From contig CALSCP010001920.1 of NCBI GenBank assembly GCA_943704425.1, positions 1 through 58,941 on the forward strand: DNA of 58,941 nt. The letters are read 5' to 3'. Shown here piece after piece: positions 54,690 through 58,941 of this stretch. The first letter of the stretch is position 1; each line of letters opens with the position of its first letter. This stretch comes from Ministeria vibrans ATCC 50519. Taxonomy: Eukaryota > Protista > Filasterea. Under the pieces are notes generated by a model. It saw only the letters and a program-made list of their open reading frames with translations. It was not told where the DNA came from and searched no databases. The position numbers and the translations under genes are program-made.

Positions 54690-55548
54690 ATGGTAAGCAG
54701 CGCATCGAGCGCACCGCCGGCGTCTCCCCGACGTCGTTTTCCCTCACACGTTGTCCCCATCTCATTCGCTTTTTCTTTTTCTTTTTCTCCAGGCTTTGGT
54801 TGCTCCCGACCGTTTCCAGCATATTCTGCGTATGTGCAACACCAACGTTGATGGTCGCACCAAGATCATGTTCGCTCTCACCGCCATCAAGGTAAACACA
54901 GAAATCTCCTTTTTTTTTTTTTTTTTTTTTTTTTCTCTCTCTCTCTTCCTTCTTACGTGCGTAACTCGCTCCTTTGTCTCTTCCCATGCGTCTGTGTCGG
55001 TGTGTGTGTGTGCCCTACGTATTCTATTTCCCTCCTCTCGTTACTCCTTTCGATCTCTCTGTGCGCACTCGATTTTTGTTACGACATTGGGAAAGTGGAT
55101 TCGCTGACATTGTGTCCTCTTCGCTTGCTCAGGGTATGGGCCGACGCTACAGCAACATTGTGTGCAAGAAGGCAGACATCGACATGAACAAGCGTGCCGG
55201 CGAGCTCACAGAGGAGGAGGTCGAGCGCATCATGACCATCATGCAGAACCCGCGTCAGTACAAGGTAAGAGAAACGACGCCGAAGCGCCATGTCTGACCT
55301 GACCCTTGCGCCCCACTCTGTTTCTCTAGATCCCTGACTACTTCCTGAACCGTCAAAAGGACGTCAAGGACGGCAAGTGGTCGCAGCTCCTGGCAAACCA
55401 GCTTGACAACAAACTGCGTGAGGATCTCGAGCGTCTCAAGAAGGTCCGCTGCCACCGCGGTCTCCGCCACTACTGGGGTGTCCGTGTCCGTGGCCAGCAC
55501 ACCAAGACCACTGGTCGCCGCGGCAAGTCCGTTGGCATGAAGAAGTAA
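54690..55548 (+). CDS. RPS18: 40S ribosomal protein S18 (uS13); first coding exon is only ATG
   Basis: M|[21 protein letters not shown]...ALTAIK|[25 protein letters not shown]...|[11 protein letters not shown]...[24 protein letters not shown]. Confidence 0.97.
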
Positions 55549-55985
55549 ACTTGGTAAGCAACATTGCAACATGAATAATTGCTGTGTCTCTCCCCCTTTT
55601 TTTCTTTTCCTCCTTTGGTGATGTGATGTTCAGTCTCAACTATATCTACATTCTATGAATACCATATGATCAGACTATGCGACAACGTTTCTCTTTTGAG
55701 TGCGTACTGATCACCAAACGATGAAAGATCAAAAGTTTTGTGTGTTTTTCCCTCGTTTCGTTTTGTTCATTTTCTTTTTTTTATTCCTCTCACTCAGTCT
55801 TTTGTCTCTACCTCTCTATTTGTGGTTGTGTCTTTTACAGGTTTAAATAGTACAGCGATTGTCACAATGAAACACACAAAACCCTTTTCCAAAAAAAAAG
55901 CAAAAGTAGAACGAGAGTTTCGAGAGTATACACAAGAAATATTTGTTACAATCACATAAGAGCGAAGCGCCATGGCGTGATGATG

Positions 55986-56945
<960 letters not shown>

Positions 56946-57048
56946 AAAGGTATATAAAAAATATAACAATAAATTCTCTCGATGTGACAATAACTCATAA
57001 CAGACAACTTGATCATATTAATTCTTTTTCTTTTTTTTTGAAAATAAT

Positions 57049-57669
57049 ATGATTCTCGCTGCTCTACCAACGCTGAACAGTCTACATATTGTACTGGCAA
57101 GTGGAAGTCCGCGTCGACGGGAGCTTTTAGAACAGATTGGTCTCAAATTCCGTGTTATGCCATCGACGTTCTCGGAGAACTTGGACAAGTCAGCGTTTGC
57201 CGAAGCATCGGCGTATCCCGTCGAGACGGCGTATCGAAAGACCATGGAAGTGGCAGGACGGTGTGGCAACGAGGCTGACGTTGTGATTGGAGCGGACACG
57301 GTGGTCGTGCGGGACGATGGGGACGGGGCGTTTACGATTCTGGAGAAGCCGCGCGACGACGGGCACGCGCGGGAGATACTGCAGTCGCTGAGCGGCCAGA
57401 GTCACTCAGTGATCACCGGTGTCATTGTGCACGACGTACGGCGCAACAAGACGACTCGGCTACACGTGAGCACGCGCGTGCGGTTTGCGTCGCTGTCCGC
57501 GGCTGAGATTGACGCGTATGTTGCGACCGGTGAGTACAAGGACAAGGCCGGTGGCTATGGCATTCAAGGGATTGCTTCGGTCTTTGTCGAGTCCTTGGAA
57601 GGGTGCTACTACAACGTGGTCGGCTTACCGCTTCATTCGCTCTGCAGTACCCTTGCAGCTTTAATTTGA
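57049..57669 (+). CDS. Maf-family dTTP/UTP pyrophosphatase (YhdE/ASMTL-N type); intronless
   Basis: IVLASGSPRRRELL, FSENLDK, VIGADTVV, ILEKP, HSVITGV, DKAGGYGIQG and YYNVVGLPL. Confidence 0.93.
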   Translation: MILAALPTLNSLHIVLASGSPRRRELLEQIGLKFRVMPSTFSENLDKSAFAEASAYPVETAYRKTMEVAGRCGNEADVVIGADTVVVRDDGDGAFTILEKPRDDGHAREILQSLSGQSHSVITGVIVHDVRRNKTTRLHVSTRVRFASLSAAEIDAYVATGEYKDKAGGYGIQGIASVFVESLEGCYYNVVGLPLHSLCSTLAALI

Positions 57670-57846
57670 TACAGTACAAATGTTGTATTAGTTGTATTAT
57701 GACTGTGTGTATAGTCCACTCCGTCACCGTCATTCTCTCTCTCCCCACCAACATCAGCTTTTCCTTTTCTCTCTCTCCTTATCACTTTGTTTCTCTCTCT
57801 CTCTATCACTTGTGTTTTCTCCCTCACTCTGGCTATCTTTCTCTAA

Positions 57847-57984
57847 TCAGTAAGTGAAAGCATACGCTTCGACAGTGCGGCTCTGGAAGATTGTTGGACC
57901 GCCGGTGAGCGGAGCATTGTCAAACGTCTCACACGTCTCACTCGTCCCATTGAGATCCTCCGCCAAAAAGAATCCATAGTGACT

Positions 57985-58017
<33 letters not shown>

Positions 58018-58833
58018 TAGACAGATAGACAGTATTATGATATAGGACAGATACAATAGGATAACAGTACCCTCCGCCTGCGCCCACCGCAATGCCCTCG
58101 GGCCATCCAATCTGGAACAGCGACCCTTGCTCATCCTTGTGTTCGCCCGCCCACTCATACTTGTGTGGCGCACCCGTCGGACCCAGCGTAAACAAAAAGC
58201 ATTCGCCCGTTCCGAAGAACCGTGCCTGCCCCTTGCGCTCCCCCCAGTTGTTATGCGCGTACGCCCCAAACACCGCCCCCTCCGCCGTATGTACCACCAA
58301 CAGCGTTGGCTCATAGTCCGCCAGGTGCTTGTACAGCGTCGTCAGACTGTACCCGTCCGTCGACGACGTAAACAGTCGCATCAGATTCCCTTCCTTAAAC
58401 CGGTTCGGTACCCATCCCCAAAGTGTCTCCAACTACACACAACAGTGTCATTGCGTGATTCGATTCTGTTTGTTCTGACCAGTTGAGGAGAGAGAATTTC
58501 ACTTGCGGGAGTCACAGTGGGCATTCGACGCAGATATGACTGAGTGATAATCGACGCACTTACTCTACGCAACGCACAGCGTCAATAGAGCAATTAATGT
58601 GGCTGTGACATGTACCTCTGCTGATCAATAAGGGGTCTCATGCGCTCGTAGACTGCAATGATAGTCTTGCGGGAGAGGGAGAGTCGGAATGCGGCGGCCA
58701 ACATCGAGTCGCTGGTCTGCAGGCGGGCAGTGTCGTGCAGCACACGCACAATGGCAGCAGGAGAGTGTGGCGGCATCCGCGTTAGCGTATTCATTGCTCC
58801 ACTGACCACTGCCAGTGCGGCACGGTACACAAC
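57847..58833 (-). CDS. TBC1D24: TBC1D24/skywalker-like TBC-TLDc protein, 3' exons; 5' part lies beyond the right edge
   Basis: End of TBC domain YRAALAVV...AAFRLSLSRKTI. TLDc motifs LWGWVP, LFTSSTDGYSLTTLY, EPTLLVV, VFGAY, FFGTGECFLF, GTSETCETFDNAPL and VEAYAF. Confidence 0.75.
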
Positions 58834-58941
58834 CTAGCAGATTTACTATATTAGAAAATCATTTCTCTCCCACTATCACCCCCGTCTCCTTCTCTTTCTC
58901 TCGCTTTGTTTTTGTTTCTTTCTCCCTCTGCACCCCCCCCC

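Overview
This is eukaryotic nuclear DNA, not prokaryotic. GC-rich exons are split by short GT-AG introns, many filled with (TAA)n or (CT)n microsatellites, and there are assembly gaps. The gene set (ZFPL1, MINDY4, TBC1D24, SMYD, class C-type 7TM, TSP1/EGF/FG-GAP domains) and the compact layout suggest a unicellular holozoan such as a choanoflagellate, but that is an inference. About 20 genes can be rebuilt by hand-splicing; most short ORFs in the supplied track are shadow frames. Routine genes are ZFPL1, UTP6, Hsp110, a probable NSL1, MINDY4, a GT34 glycosyltransferase, MOGS, SMYD, ATP synthase d, RPS18, DCTN6, a Maf pyrophosphatase and a TBC1D24-like gene. The most striking locus is a ~1,658-aa receptor (7851-13432) joining a signal peptide, a Pmp/beta-helix-like GGA-repeat ectodomain, a class C GPCR-type 7TM and two TIR domains that both keep the catalytic glutamate. 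It lies head-to-head with an intron-bearing, bacterial-type peptidoglycan-recycling kinase (anmK). Other unusual genes are a ~5,587-aa single-pass mosaic receptor paired with a secreted FG-GAP/TSP1/crystallin protein, an EGF-DUF285 chimera, an intronless kinase with bacterial-style repeats and a gamma-type IDO. All domain calls come from motif recognition by eye; no searches were run.
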